Positions 1-8,852 of a stretch of 20,582 nucleotides of DNA are shown one piece after another; position 1 is the first letter of the stretch, and the number at the start of each line of letters is the position of its first letter. The position numbers and the translations under genes were made by a program. Below the pieces are notes generated by a model, which made no database searches, was not told where the DNA came from, and saw only the letters and a list, made by a program, of their open reading frames with translations. The DNA comes from Tubiluchus corallicola (taxonomy: Eukaryota; Animalia; Priapulida), in NCBI GenBank assembly GCA_030141605.1, contig JAQGDQ010002483.1:1-20582 (forward strand), read 5' to 3'.

Positions 1-1
1 C

Positions 2-85
2 ATAACAAAAGCCTTGGAACATGCGGATGATATAGATATAGGGAATGGTAGCGGCAGTGTTCATCATTTCTATATGCTTGACTAG
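2..85 (+). CDS. thiD: 3' end of hydroxymethylpyrimidine/phosphomethylpyrimidine kinase (partial, starts before window)
   Basis: Manual translation ITKALEHADDIDIGNGSGSVHHFYMLD* resembles the ThiD C-terminus (I..A...A..IG.G.GPV.HF); thiS/thiF nearby. Confidence 0.75.
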   Translation: MTKALEHADDIDIGNGSGSVHHFYMLD

Positions 86-105
86 ATAGTTTTGGGTTGT
101 AACGT

Positions 106-964
106 ATGGGTATAGCAGAGCGTATATACGATTTTTTTAGCAAAGAGAGGGAAAAAAGGCACAACCATAGATATCCTGTGTGTGTTGCTATAGTCAGGAA
201 TATCATGTCTAGTGGAAAGGTCCAGTACTCTTACAGCTATCTTTGCCATTCTGTAGATATCAGCGCTACAGGTGTTTTACTGGAACATATGGGGCGCCTT
301 GTCATAAATGATGTGGTAGAGTTGCATTTTTCCAGAAATACTGCAGAAGAAACGGGATGCACCGAATGCATGGATGAGGATATTTTGCGGAATGATCTAT
401 TCCATTTTAAGTTGACTGCAAAGGTTATGCGGAGGAATAACAAGTTTGCAGGTCTCAGATTTGTGGATATTGACGAAGGGGAAATTCAAAAAATCCGCAA
501 ACTGCTCATCAAAAAAGATATTCAATCCCAGCTTGACACTCTTAAGAAGCAACACAAAGACATCATGGGCAATCTGGAAAAGATCCCTAGAGACGACATC
601 ATACAATGTCCTGTGTGTGTTGTGCACATTGATGAGATCGACCAGGGAAATTTGCTTTGTATCCCTGATAATCAAGATCAATGAAGTAGGAGCACTTATC
701 CTGGACGACGGATCCTTGAGAGCTTCAAATACAGTCTCCCTAAAGCTTGGAACGGCTGCTTTTGAAAATCATATCTGCGCAGGCACAAACTATAAAGATC
801 TGGTTTTAGCTGCGGTCTATCCATTTTCTATCAATATGAAAGTGCTTAAAACCAGTGGCTCTTTCGCAGTTCTTCAATATTTTAACGAGTCCATGGAAGA
901 AGGGGAAACCTTGGAGTTTATCAGAGCGGTAGAGAATAATAACGAGGCCATCGAGACAAACTGA
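106..964 (+). CDS. Tandem PilZ-domain protein, split by a +1 frameshift near 635-655 (ORFs 106..684 and 446..964)
   Basis: RHNHR (RxxxR) and DISATG (D/NxSxxG) in the first ORF. PVCV (end of ORF 1) followed by FVSLIIKINEVGALI...INMKVLKTSGSFAVLQY (ORF 2) aligns with the first domain as a degenerate second repeat. Confidence 0.7.
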
Positions 965-1143
965 AGATATTAATAATAAGCAAAGATGCTTTTTAACACA
1001 TCGTTATCTTTTATAAAAGTCGCGTATCCCTCTGTACACAAGCCTTAAGCCCAATGAATGATTTTGTAATATATAATTAAGACAAATTTAATCTTTGAAG
1101 CCATGCTATAAATTGTGAAAAAAATATTAAAAAAACAAACAAA

Positions 1144-1157
1144 TCATGTTAACATGA
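1144..1157. promoter_or_regulatory. Perfect 14-bp palindrome TCATGTTAACATGA, candidate operator upstream of satP
   Basis: Exact dyad ~65 nt before the satP start in an AT-rich promoter region. Confidence 0.4.
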
Positions 1158-1223
1158 ACTGTGTTTGCTACTCGTATTGATATTCTGTAGATATGAGCTT
1201 AATTTTTTTTTGGAGGTGTGGCA

Positions 1224-1835
1224 ATGTCGGATAAAAGTAGTGTGAAGATTGTACATGCGGATCCAACTCCGCTGGGGCTTCTTGGTCTTGCTATAGTCAC
1301 TTTTGTGGCTTCGGCTTATAAGTTTGGTATAGTTGAGGGTTTGAGCTTGGTTATTCCATGGGTGATATTTTTGGGGGCTTCTGCTCAATTGATTGCCAGT
1401 CTTATCGATTATAAGCACAATAACATGTTCGGAGCTACGGCTTTTGGAGCTTACGCTCTATTTTGGTTTAGTATGGGCATGGCTTGGATGATTCAGCTAG
1501 GGGTTTTCGGAGAGGCGATGGTAAATGCTGCGGATGTTCAGGCTCTTGGGGTTGCGTTTTTGGGTTATCTTATCTTTAGCATATACATGACTATCGGTTC
1601 AGTCGAGACCAACAAGGTCTTCATGATAATATTTATTGCGATAGATATCTTGCTCTTGAGTTTAGCGCTGTCCGCATTCGGAATTATGACAGGATTTATG
1701 GGGCTGGTCTCCCCTATCTCTGAGCTTGTGGTTTCATTGGTCGGATTTTACGGTTCTGCTGCCTTTTTGTTGAACAAACATTTTGGTTACGTAGTCTTGC
1801 CGATAGGGAAACCCCTTGGGATCTTTAAGAAATAA
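1224..1835 (+). CDS. satP: Acetate/succinate uptake transporter, GPR1/FUN34/YaaH (SatP) family
   Basis: ADPTPLGL signature (family NPAPLGL), about 6 hydrophobic helices, FGATAFGAYALFW. GGAGG RBS before ATG at 1224. Confidence 0.9.
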   Translation: MSDKSSVKIVHADPTPLGLLGLAIVTFVASAYKFGIVEGLSLVIPWVIFLGASAQLIASLIDYKHNNMFGATAFGAYALFWFSMGMAWMIQLGVFGEAMVNAADVQALGVAFLGYLIFSIYMTIGSVETNKVFMIIFIAIDILLLSLALSAFGIMTGFMGLVSPISELVVSLVGFYGSAAFLLNKHFGYVVLPIGKPLGIFKK

Positions 1836-1854
1836 GCCACAAAGCCATTGTGGT

Positions 1855-1888
1855 ATGTCTCGGTTTAGTAGCCAGAGACATAATTTTT
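1855..1888 (+). terminator. Putative intrinsic terminator after satP
   Basis: ATGTCTCGGT...GCCAGAGACAT stem followed by a T-rich tail. Confidence 0.5.
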
Positions 1889-1899
1889 GAGTAAATGAA

Positions 1900-1941
1900 G
1901 CCGATTGCAGAACACCTTAAGAGAGGGTGTCTGTAATCGGC
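1900..1941. terminator. Long hairpin between convergent satP and glyS, likely terminator
   Basis: GCCGATTGCAGA-ACACC...GGTGT-CTGTAATCGGC inverted repeat. Confidence 0.6.
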
Positions 1942-1952
1942 CTAATATAAAA

Positions 1953-4032
1953 CTAGCTGAGTTTGTCTAAGTCTCCCACTTTTGCAAAGATGTCTCTCAA
2001 ATCTCTTAGAAGCCTGAGCCTGTTATTTTTGACCTTGTCGTCCTCCACGTTGACCATGACATTGTCAAAAAAGTCATCAATCACTGGGGCAAACTTCTGT
2101 AATACCCCGATTATTTGTAGATATTCTCCGTATTCATACGAATAATCTATGTGACTTGCAAACTTCTTTATCGACTTGTGCAAAGTTTCTTCCTGCTCTG
2201 TTTCGAACAAATTCTTATTGAGAGGAGGCAGCTCTTTGCCGTCACCCTTTAGGATGTTGTTAATCCGTTTGAAACTTGCGCACACTGTCTGAAATTCTTT
2301 TTTGTCTCTTTCTGCGTTAAGAGCAACAGAAACCTTTGTCGTGGTGGATATGTCCTTAATATCTTTACATACAGCCTCAAAGACATCCGAAGGAATGTGC
2401 TTTGGAACCATTATCTGTTTAAACCTTTCAGTGATAAATTTGACTACTTTGCTTTTTGTCTCTTTGGGATCGAACTTTATTTCGTCATAATTTTCCAAAG
2501 AAAATTCTATGAGCTCTTCAAGGTCTAACCCGTAGTCCTTTTGCTTTATTATCTGGATAATGCCGATGGCGTTTCGCCTCAAGCCCAACTGATCTTCACT
2601 CCCTGTTGGGATAAGCCCGACGGCAAAGCAGCCGGCTATTGTATCAAGCTTGTCTGCAATTGAGATAAATGCTCCCTCATCCCCTTGTGGAACATCGTCA
2701 TTTGCATGCTTAGGAAGATAATGTTCAAATATAGCATTCGCGACTACTTGATCATATCCCTGTTTCAGGGCGTACTCTCTACCCATGACTCCTTGGAGTT
2801 CTGGAAACTCATATACCATTTCACACATAAGATCCGCTTTTGCAAGATATGCAGCCTCTTTCGTTATCTCTTCCTTTTGCGGGGCAATCTTGCTGGCGAT
2901 GAAGCCCGCAAGAGCTTGGTTTCTGATCACTTTTTGGTAGCTTGTTCCGAGCTCTTTCTGAAAAGTCACCCTTTTTAGTTCATTAACTCTCTCCTTTAGG
3001 GGGACCTTAAGGTCATTTTCATAGAAAAATAGAGCATCGTTAAGCCTTGCAAGGAGAACTTTTTCTGGCTGTGATATTTCTGTGGGGATCTAACTCCATA
3101 TTTGCGATGCCCACAAAGCGATTTATGACGTTATCATCTTTGTCCATCGTTGCAAAATATTTTTGATGAGTCTTCATCGTCGTAGTGAGTACTTCACCCG
3201 GCAGAGTTAGATATTTTTTGTCAAAAGTACCTAAGGTAGCATGGGGGTATTCCACCAGATTGGTTACCGTGTCCAAAAGATCATCGTTGAAATCCACGCG
3301 GAAAACCTTATATTCGAGCAGGGATTCAAACTCTTCCAAAAACAGGGTCTGTATCTTTTCCGTGATGAGATCTTTCCTCTCGTCAAAAGATATGATGACA
3401 TAGTTTTCCTCGAGCTGTCTTTTGTATTCATCGAAATTTTTGACCTTAATATCCTTCTTGCCCAGAAATCTGTGCCCGTACGTTGTGTTGGTACTCTTTA
3501 TTCCGTCTATCTCAAAGTCCAAAACCTCTTCATCAAGCACAGACAAAAAGTTATGTATCGGTCTTGCAAATCTCAAAGATTTATCGCTCCATCTCATCGA
3601 TTTTGCAAACCTGAAGCTGTTGATAACCGAAACCGCAATGTCTGGCAACAGCTTCTTAGTGCTTTGTCCTTCAATCTTTTTCACGCCCAGGAGATACTCT
3701 CCCCTTTCTGTGTTGACCTTCTTAACATTCTCAAGGGGGATGCCTTTTGAGGAAGCAAACTTTTTCCCTATATCGTTTATTTCACCCGTTGCATCGCATG
3801 CAATCTTGGTAGGGGGGCCTTGTATCTTTTCAAGCCTGTCCTCTCCCTTTTTGCTTAAGCCCTCTATGTTTACCCAAATTCTTCTCGGTGTAGCTCCGCT
3901 GTCCAGTGAAGAATACCTAATGTTGTGTTCTGACAGATTGTCAGCAAACATCTTCTTTATATGATCCGCACTACCATTGATATATTGTGCTGGCAGCTCT
4001 TCACATCCTATTTCTAACAAATAACAAGACAT
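1953..4032 (-). CDS. glyS: Glycine--tRNA ligase beta subunit, interrupted by a frameshift near 3060-3090 (ORFs 3040..4041 and 1953..2969)
   Basis: LLEIGCEELP, TPRR, GPP, MRW..FARP, LVEYP, HQKYF; after the shift EKVLLARLNDALFFY, KADL..MVYEFPELQG.MG, ADKLD, FFDNVMVN..NRL.LL (DALR). AGGTGA RBS before ATG 4032. Confidence 0.92.
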
Positions 4033-4620
4033 AACTTTCACCTAAAATTTCCATTATTTAAGAAAAACAACATTCACCCACAGGTGACAATGATACTAAA
4101 AAAAAGCAGATGTCTCAAGGCTTCCATCAAGAAACCTTCGCGTCTTCGTATGATAAAGACACAATGCATCAGCCATCGCTTATCAGCTTTTTAGCATTAT
4201 CCACGCCTATTATGCCCCAAGAAATTCGTTTGATTTTGAAATAGATGTGCGACTCATTAGCCGGTGTACGATTTACTACACAGCGACACCCCAAACTAGA
4301 GATACCGCAAACATCGCCAAAGCTCGTCTCAGTATTCGTCGAGGACTCACCAATAACACACAGATAGCGTCCTATCGTGCATTCCAAGCAAAACCCGCAG
4401 AGACTTTTCGCCCCATCTAGCGTCAGCTAGACACCAACTAGAAAACGATCAGCCCCAGTACACCATTCGAGAGGTTGTAGTCCAAACATACTTTTTCGCA
4501 TCCATACGAATTTTTTGTTCTCCATAACTTATGTTTATTCAAACAACACCAACTTTAGTGGGTAAATAGTATTTTATCATTAAATTCATATTTATCAATA
4601 AGTTGCAGCTTTTTTTTAAA

Positions 4621-4821
4621 TCAGCCGCCACCTACAAAGGCAATGATTTCTATAGAATCTCCTTCCTGGATGATAATTTCATCTATCTTGTTGATATCAA
4701 TAACTTTTTTGTTAAATTCTATTACCAGATGATTTTTGTCCAAATTGGTTTCGAGTACGATCTGCTCCAATGTTGTATTTTTTGCGAACGTTTGTTCTTT
4801 TCCGTTCAACGTTATAGTCAT
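4621..4821 (-). CDS. thiS: Sulfur carrier protein ThiS
   Basis: 66 aa ubiquitin-like protein, ITLNG start, EGDSIEII.FVGGG C-terminal diglycine; directly downstream of thiF. Confidence 0.93.
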   Translation of the reverse strand: MTITLNGKEQTFAKNTTLEQIVLETNLDKNHLVIEFNKKVIDINKIDEIIIQEGDSIEIIAFVGGG

Positions 4822-4840
4822 TCCTCTCTCCTTTTCTGTT

Positions 4841-5638
4841 TTAAATACCTAGTATGTATCTTATGGCGTTATTTGCTTGCATTGCAGCGCATGCGCTTAC
4901 CCTTGAAGCCATTAGTCCTTCAGTGATGCATGCAGCACTCTTAAAATCTCCCACAATCATTCCATTTGCTCCTACCTTCTTCTCTTTAAATAGCAAGGTG
5001 CTGTGAAGACCTGCCATTCCTGAAGCTCCTATTATGTAGCTGTCGCTGAGTTCTCGTATTGCAGTGCGAAAGAATGCGGCTTTATTTTTTGCTCTGTCCA
5101 TGGCTTCAAGCACAACATCATATCCCTGAAATATATCCTTTACGTTGGAAGGAGACACGTAGACGGATGCTGTTTCATATCGATTATACGGATTTATGTC
5201 ATTCAGTATGCTTTTGAGGGCATCGGTTTTTTTCATGCCTATATGCTTTATGAAATAGTGCTGCCTGTTTAGGTTTGACGGCTCAACGACGTCATGATCC
5301 ACCAGAAGCATTTTGCCAACTCCCATTCTTGCAAATATAACAGCTGCGTTTGAGCCCAAACCTCCAAGTCCGGCAATTGCTACAGATGCGTTTTTGAGTT
5401 TTTCATGCACTCCAGGGCTATTGCGTGCCATGAGAAGATATTCTAGCTCATCTTCATGAGGTACCTCACCCCGTTTGATGAAGGCAACGTTGCTTTTATC
5501 GGATAAGACCATATCTTCCGTCACAATAAATCCGTCAACTATCAATATATCGGCATCAGGCTTGAATGAGTTCTTTAGTTCAAAGAGGGTTGTATTGTCC
5601 GCCACGGTGATCTTTTTTTCATTAACTGTTATTTCCAT
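4841..5638 (-). CDS. thiF: ThiS adenylyltransferase ThiF with N-terminal ThiS-like domain
   Basis: AGLGGLGS nucleotide-binding motif, D.VEPSNLNRQ, ASGMAG, N-terminal ubiquitin-like ITVNEK segment. Confidence 0.92.
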   Translation of the reverse strand: MEITVNEKKITVADNTTLFELKNSFKPDADILIVDGFIVTEDMVLSDKSNVAFIKRGEVPHEDELEYLLMARNSPGVHEKLKNASVAIAGLGGLGSNAAVIFARMGVGKMLLVDHDVVEPSNLNRQHYFIKHIGMKKTDALKSILNDINPYNRYETASVYVSPSNVKDIFQGYDVVLEAMDRAKNKAAFFRTAIRELSDSYIIGASGMAGLHSTLLFKEKKVGANGMIVGDFKSAACITEGLMASRVSACAAMQANNAIRYILGI

Positions 5639-5719
5639 CAAAAAAACCTACTAATATTATCTATGCTGTACTCCCCGCATTATACAGTGTAATATGATCG
5701 ACATATAGTTAAAAAAAGA

Positions 5720-5748
5720 TTGACTACTTATCTAGATATTGATATATA
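5720..5748 (+). promoter_or_regulatory. Sigma70-like promoter for tRNA-Asn
   Basis: TTGACT-17 nt-TATATA with TG extension and upstream A-tract, ~20 nt before the tRNA. Confidence 0.55.
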
Positions 5749-5767
5749 CATGTTTCTTGTGAAGTCT

Positions 5768-5840
5768 TCCCCGGTAGCTCAATCGGCAGAGCGGGTGGCT
5801 GTTAACCACTAGGTTGGCGGTTCAAGTCCGTCCCGGGGAG
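5768..5840 (+). tRNA. tRNA-Asn(GTT), CCA not encoded
   Basis: Acceptor TCCCCGG/CCGGGGA, D arm GCTC/GAGC, anticodon stem GGTGG/CCACT with GTT at 5801-5803, T arm with GGTTCAAGTCC, discriminator G. Confidence 0.97.
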
Positions 5841-5845
5841 TTTGG

Positions 5846-5884
5846 ATAGACTGAGAGGATAATCTCCTTTCAGTCTATTTTTTT
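5846..5884 (+). terminator. Intrinsic terminator after tRNA-Asn
   Basis: ATAGACTGA...TCAGTCTAT stem followed by a T run. Confidence 0.75.
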
Positions 5885-6257
5885 GCCCTTTTCTGCTTCA
5901 AACATGCACTTAGCCTTCAAAATATCATAGAAGGAGTGCGGCTCTTTCCATAGGATCTGCGCCGTCTCACCGTGGATTACAGTGCCTTCCGCCATTTAGG
6001 TGAAGTAACTTTGTCTTTTCCTCATAAGAAGCGCTCAGGAAGCTTATAGGGTTATCTAGTAGCTCATCTATCAGGTCGCACATTTCATAGATGATCTGAT
6101 CATAATCCCTGTATGTCAGTTTAAGGCGCTTTGAAAGGATTGTATGCTCAGCAGAGTCAGGGCTGTATCGCATATCACGGACGACGACATCAAGCAATTC
6201 AAAGACTTTACTCTCTGGAAGATAGGCTGAGTAGACGATTCTCTAACCCTGTAAGCA
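5870..6257 (-). pseudogene. C-terminal remnant of a large serine recombinase, pointing toward the tRNA 3' end
   Basis: AYLPESKVFELLDVVVRDMRYSPDSAE is homologous to the remnant at 8390-8750, which carries recombinase motifs. It continues after a frameshift as MAEGTVIHGETAQILWKEPHSF. No start or catalytic domain. Confidence 0.6.
6148..6215 (-). repeat. Inverted repeat, copy 1 (partner 8618..8685)
   Basis: 59/68 nt identical to 8618..8685 on the opposite strand (manual alignment). Confidence 0.9.
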
Positions 6258-7614
6258 CTATGCGTATTTAATCATATCAATCTTTGATAAGAACTCATCT
6301 TTCGTTTCAAATCGATCCATATTCCTTATGATCGTTTTAAATACAGACCAACTAATATAGAAGAACTCTCTAATTATATTCATATCACTATTAGTAGGTT
6401 TTCCATGGTGAATGAATTTTGATCTTATATGATAGATATTCTTTATCTTTTTTGAGATAGATTGTCTGTCTTCAGCATTTTTTGCTATCAAAAAGGCAAT
6501 ACGATCTGAAAGGTTTTGTTGAATTGGCTCGGTTTCATTTTTTAGTAATATAGATTCAAGTGCTATTAGTATATACATCAGCTTATCAGAGATATCACGT
6601 TTAAGCGTATGTCTTGAATATATAAGAGTTGAGTTGAGAATATCATCCTGAAACTTGTTTCTTTTATCTATAGTTAACAAAAGATCGAAGTTTATATTTT
6701 CTTCCCGCTCTAAGAAATGGATTGTTTCTTCAGATATAGTCCAACAAAGCCCTTTGTCTCTTATGGCTTCAGTCATTACGAAATCTGTTCTTTCATCAAC
6801 ATCAGTAAGAATTAGATACTTTTCACTTTCATAACTCTTCCAACCGTATTCATATGCGCCTACAATCAGTCCAGGGTTAAGATTGGCAGGTGCAAACAAT
6901 CTTAATAAAGAAATAGCATTTGAGACCTCATCAAACGCAATCTCCTTTGCTTTTACCGGTTCAGCTTCCAGTTTTAAAACGCCAGCCATAAATCCTTGAA
7001 ACTCTTCTCTCACCATTAGAATGAACACATCCCTATCTTTGTTATTCTGATTTTGACCATTCGTTTCATCCTTTGGAAGGAACCATTGGGTAATGGTATT
7101 TTCTGTAATTGTTTTAAAATCCACATTGCCAAATCTAAAATCTCGTTGTGTTGAAGTGAACGGTATCGGAACCCAGACTTCACGAACACGGATAGATTCC
7201 TCAGCTTTAGTTATCATAAATTGGATGAACTCATCTGTTGTTTCTTGGTTCCTACAAAGACTTAACCACTCGCACAAAGTGTTCTGAATAAAAGTATCGG
7301 ATAGATATCTTTTTGTATCTTTTAGCGATGCTATCTTTTGAGAAAGGTCTCTTAAGATAACGAAACCCTTTTCGTCCAATATTGACATGCCCTCTTTTTC
7401 AGAAGTTACGAGACAAACATTCTCTCCTATGTGATTCACTAAATAACGATGACGGGATGTATTCAGCAAATCCTTTTCCGTAAGCGTCTACAGATGCATA
7501 ATGCTCTGTCTGAGTACGATTCTGCTCTGGTGGCACATAAGGCGTGAATAAATCAATTAGTGATTTTGCTTTTTGATTGTAGTTTGATATTGCATCTTTA
7601 TGGAGTGATATCAT
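6258..7614 (-). CDS. ApeA-like HEPN domain protein (putative RNase effector), +1 frameshift near 7490 (ORFs 7399..7614 and 6258..7469)
   Basis: C-terminal ALESILL...LSDRIAFLI...IYHIRSKFIHHG (E...RxxxxH HEPN motif). The track's 403-aa ORF has only a TTG start, whereas ATG 7614 follows the upstream gene by 24 nt. Confidence 0.75.
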
Positions 7615-7638
7615 GCTGGTACCTTAAAAAAGTATTCT

Positions 7639-8302
7639 TTAGTATTCTGGTCTTATGAAAACTTCCACGATGAGGCCTTCTTGGCTTCCTATCTCTTTAT
7701 CTTTTAATGACTCTCCTGCCTTCTTTACTTCAATAACTATCTTTTCATTCTTAAGAATGAAGTCAATTGACTATTGGACCCAGCATATGAAGGGCAATAT
7801 TCCTCTGTTCTAATGTCATCAAAATATAATTGGAGCAAACTATGTAATAAATCTTGAACATCATATTCATCAGAGATATTTAATGTTGGCCGGTTTGAAT
7901 ATCTCTCTCTAAGTTGACGTGCCACCTATGGGATCTATCAAATATGTTCCTGAGCTCATTCTCATTCTTATTGTTATGCATTCTCCCAATAACAATATAA
8001 CCACTGCTGATACTGTCTCGCAAAGTATTTAATATTACGATCCCTGTTCTCACACTACGAGTAGTAGTGTAATCACTTCTCTTGCTTTGCAGAAAATTAT
8101 CAATATATATGTCATTACCGACCTCCTGAAGTAGAACTTGAACCTTTAATACCCAAGACTGGTATGATGAGTAGTACTAACCCTCGTAAAATTTTGCTCC
8201 CATATTCAGTATTTGCTCAACGTTAAGATTTGGTCTCGCGCTCCGTATTTGCTCAGCGTCGCTTATTAACCGATCAATTCTCTCTGTAATTTCACATCCC
8301 AT
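7639..8302 (-). pseudogene. REase_DpnII-MboI-like PD-(D/E)xK nuclease pseudogene
   Basis: GGAG RBS plus ATG 8302; in-frame TAG at 8177-8179; frameshift near 7925 into ARQLRERY..RPTL.ISDEYDVQDLLHSLL.LYFDDIR.EEYCPSYAG; frameshift near 7765 into IDFILKNEKIVIEVK...LKDKEIGSQ; apparently shortened tail ending VEVFIRPEY*. Confidence 0.8.
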
Positions 8303-8389
8303 AAATAACTCCAAGATTCTGTATTTCCATGACAACAACTTGAGTATTATACATCGTTTCTTAGGTTATTTCTGCATACTAAATCTCTT

Positions 8390-8750
8390 CCCCTGGAGCT
8401 CATGAACCGTACATCAGTAGGCATCGATATGAGCTTCGGTTACGGAAGCTCGATAGTGGTTTTAACGGAAACATCCAGGATATTCATACTTTTCTTCTAA
8501 CCAAGTTCCTGAAGTGCAGTAGTTGCGGACGGATTCTAACGGAGGATAAGAAGAAAGACCTGTACACCTATTGCAAGCACGAGTGCCCTAATGTTGATCA
8601 TCAGACCTATTACCCTTGAGAGTAAGGTCTTTGAGATGTTGGATGTCTTCGTCCGTGACATGCGTTACAGCCCTGACTTTGCTGAAAATGTTAAGACCAT
8701 GGCCAAAAAGATTCCTTAATGAGCGAGCTACCTCAAACAAGAAGAGGAAG
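8390..8750 (+). pseudogene. Large serine recombinase remnant (end of recombinase domain plus zinc ribbon)
   Basis: Manual translation PGAHEPYISR...FLLTKFLKCSSCGRILTEDKKKDLYTYCKHEC matches the G.HEPII and L...L.CxxCG...Y.Y..C pattern of large serine recombinases; frameshifts near 8617 and 8712. Confidence 0.75.
8618..8685 (+). repeat. Inverted repeat, copy 2 (partner 6148..6215)
   Basis: 59/68 nt identity to the reverse complement of 6148..6215. Confidence 0.9.
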
Positions 8751-8852
8751 GCTGGTATTCAATTGGTGGACCTTCAGAAAGCCATACAGCCTCATCCGTT
8801 TTTTGGCAATGAATGCAATATTTGGGAGGTATGTCATAATTGAAATCAGATA

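Larger units (their letters stand above)
5850..8850. mobile_element. Degraded tRNA-Asn-associated genomic islet
   Basis: Abuts the tRNA 3' end; two recombinase remnants; AT-rich nuclease cargo; several pseudogenes. Boundaries approximate. Confidence 0.65.

Noticed and set aside
644-651. G GGA AAT slippery heptamer at the PilZ break
   Set aside because: It is in phase for a -1 slip, but joining the two ORFs needs +1.
4098-4200. T-box riboswitch upstream of glyS
   Set aside because: No GGTGGNACCRCG T-box consensus; the closest match is GATGGAAGCC.
4169-4387. 72-aa ORF with faint PilZ-like GDVCGISSLG
   Set aside because: TTG start, no clear RBS, no RxxxR; too weak to call.
4098-4456. tmRNA (minus strand begins GGGGCTGAT)
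   Set aside because: No tRNA-like 3' end (T arm, CCACCA) and no recognisable tag peptide.
5642-5760. TPP riboswitch upstream of thiF-thiS
   Set aside because: Short AT-rich region lacking the CTGAGA and ACCTGA core motifs.
6148-8685. Terminal inverted repeats of an IS or transposon
   Set aside because: No transposase or target duplication; differences are mostly synonymous, as expected for coding paralogs.
8616-8843. 75-aa ORF as an independent gene
   Set aside because: Mostly an off-frame reading of the recombinase relic; the tail (AIQPHP) only vaguely resembles disulfide oxidoreductase C-termini.
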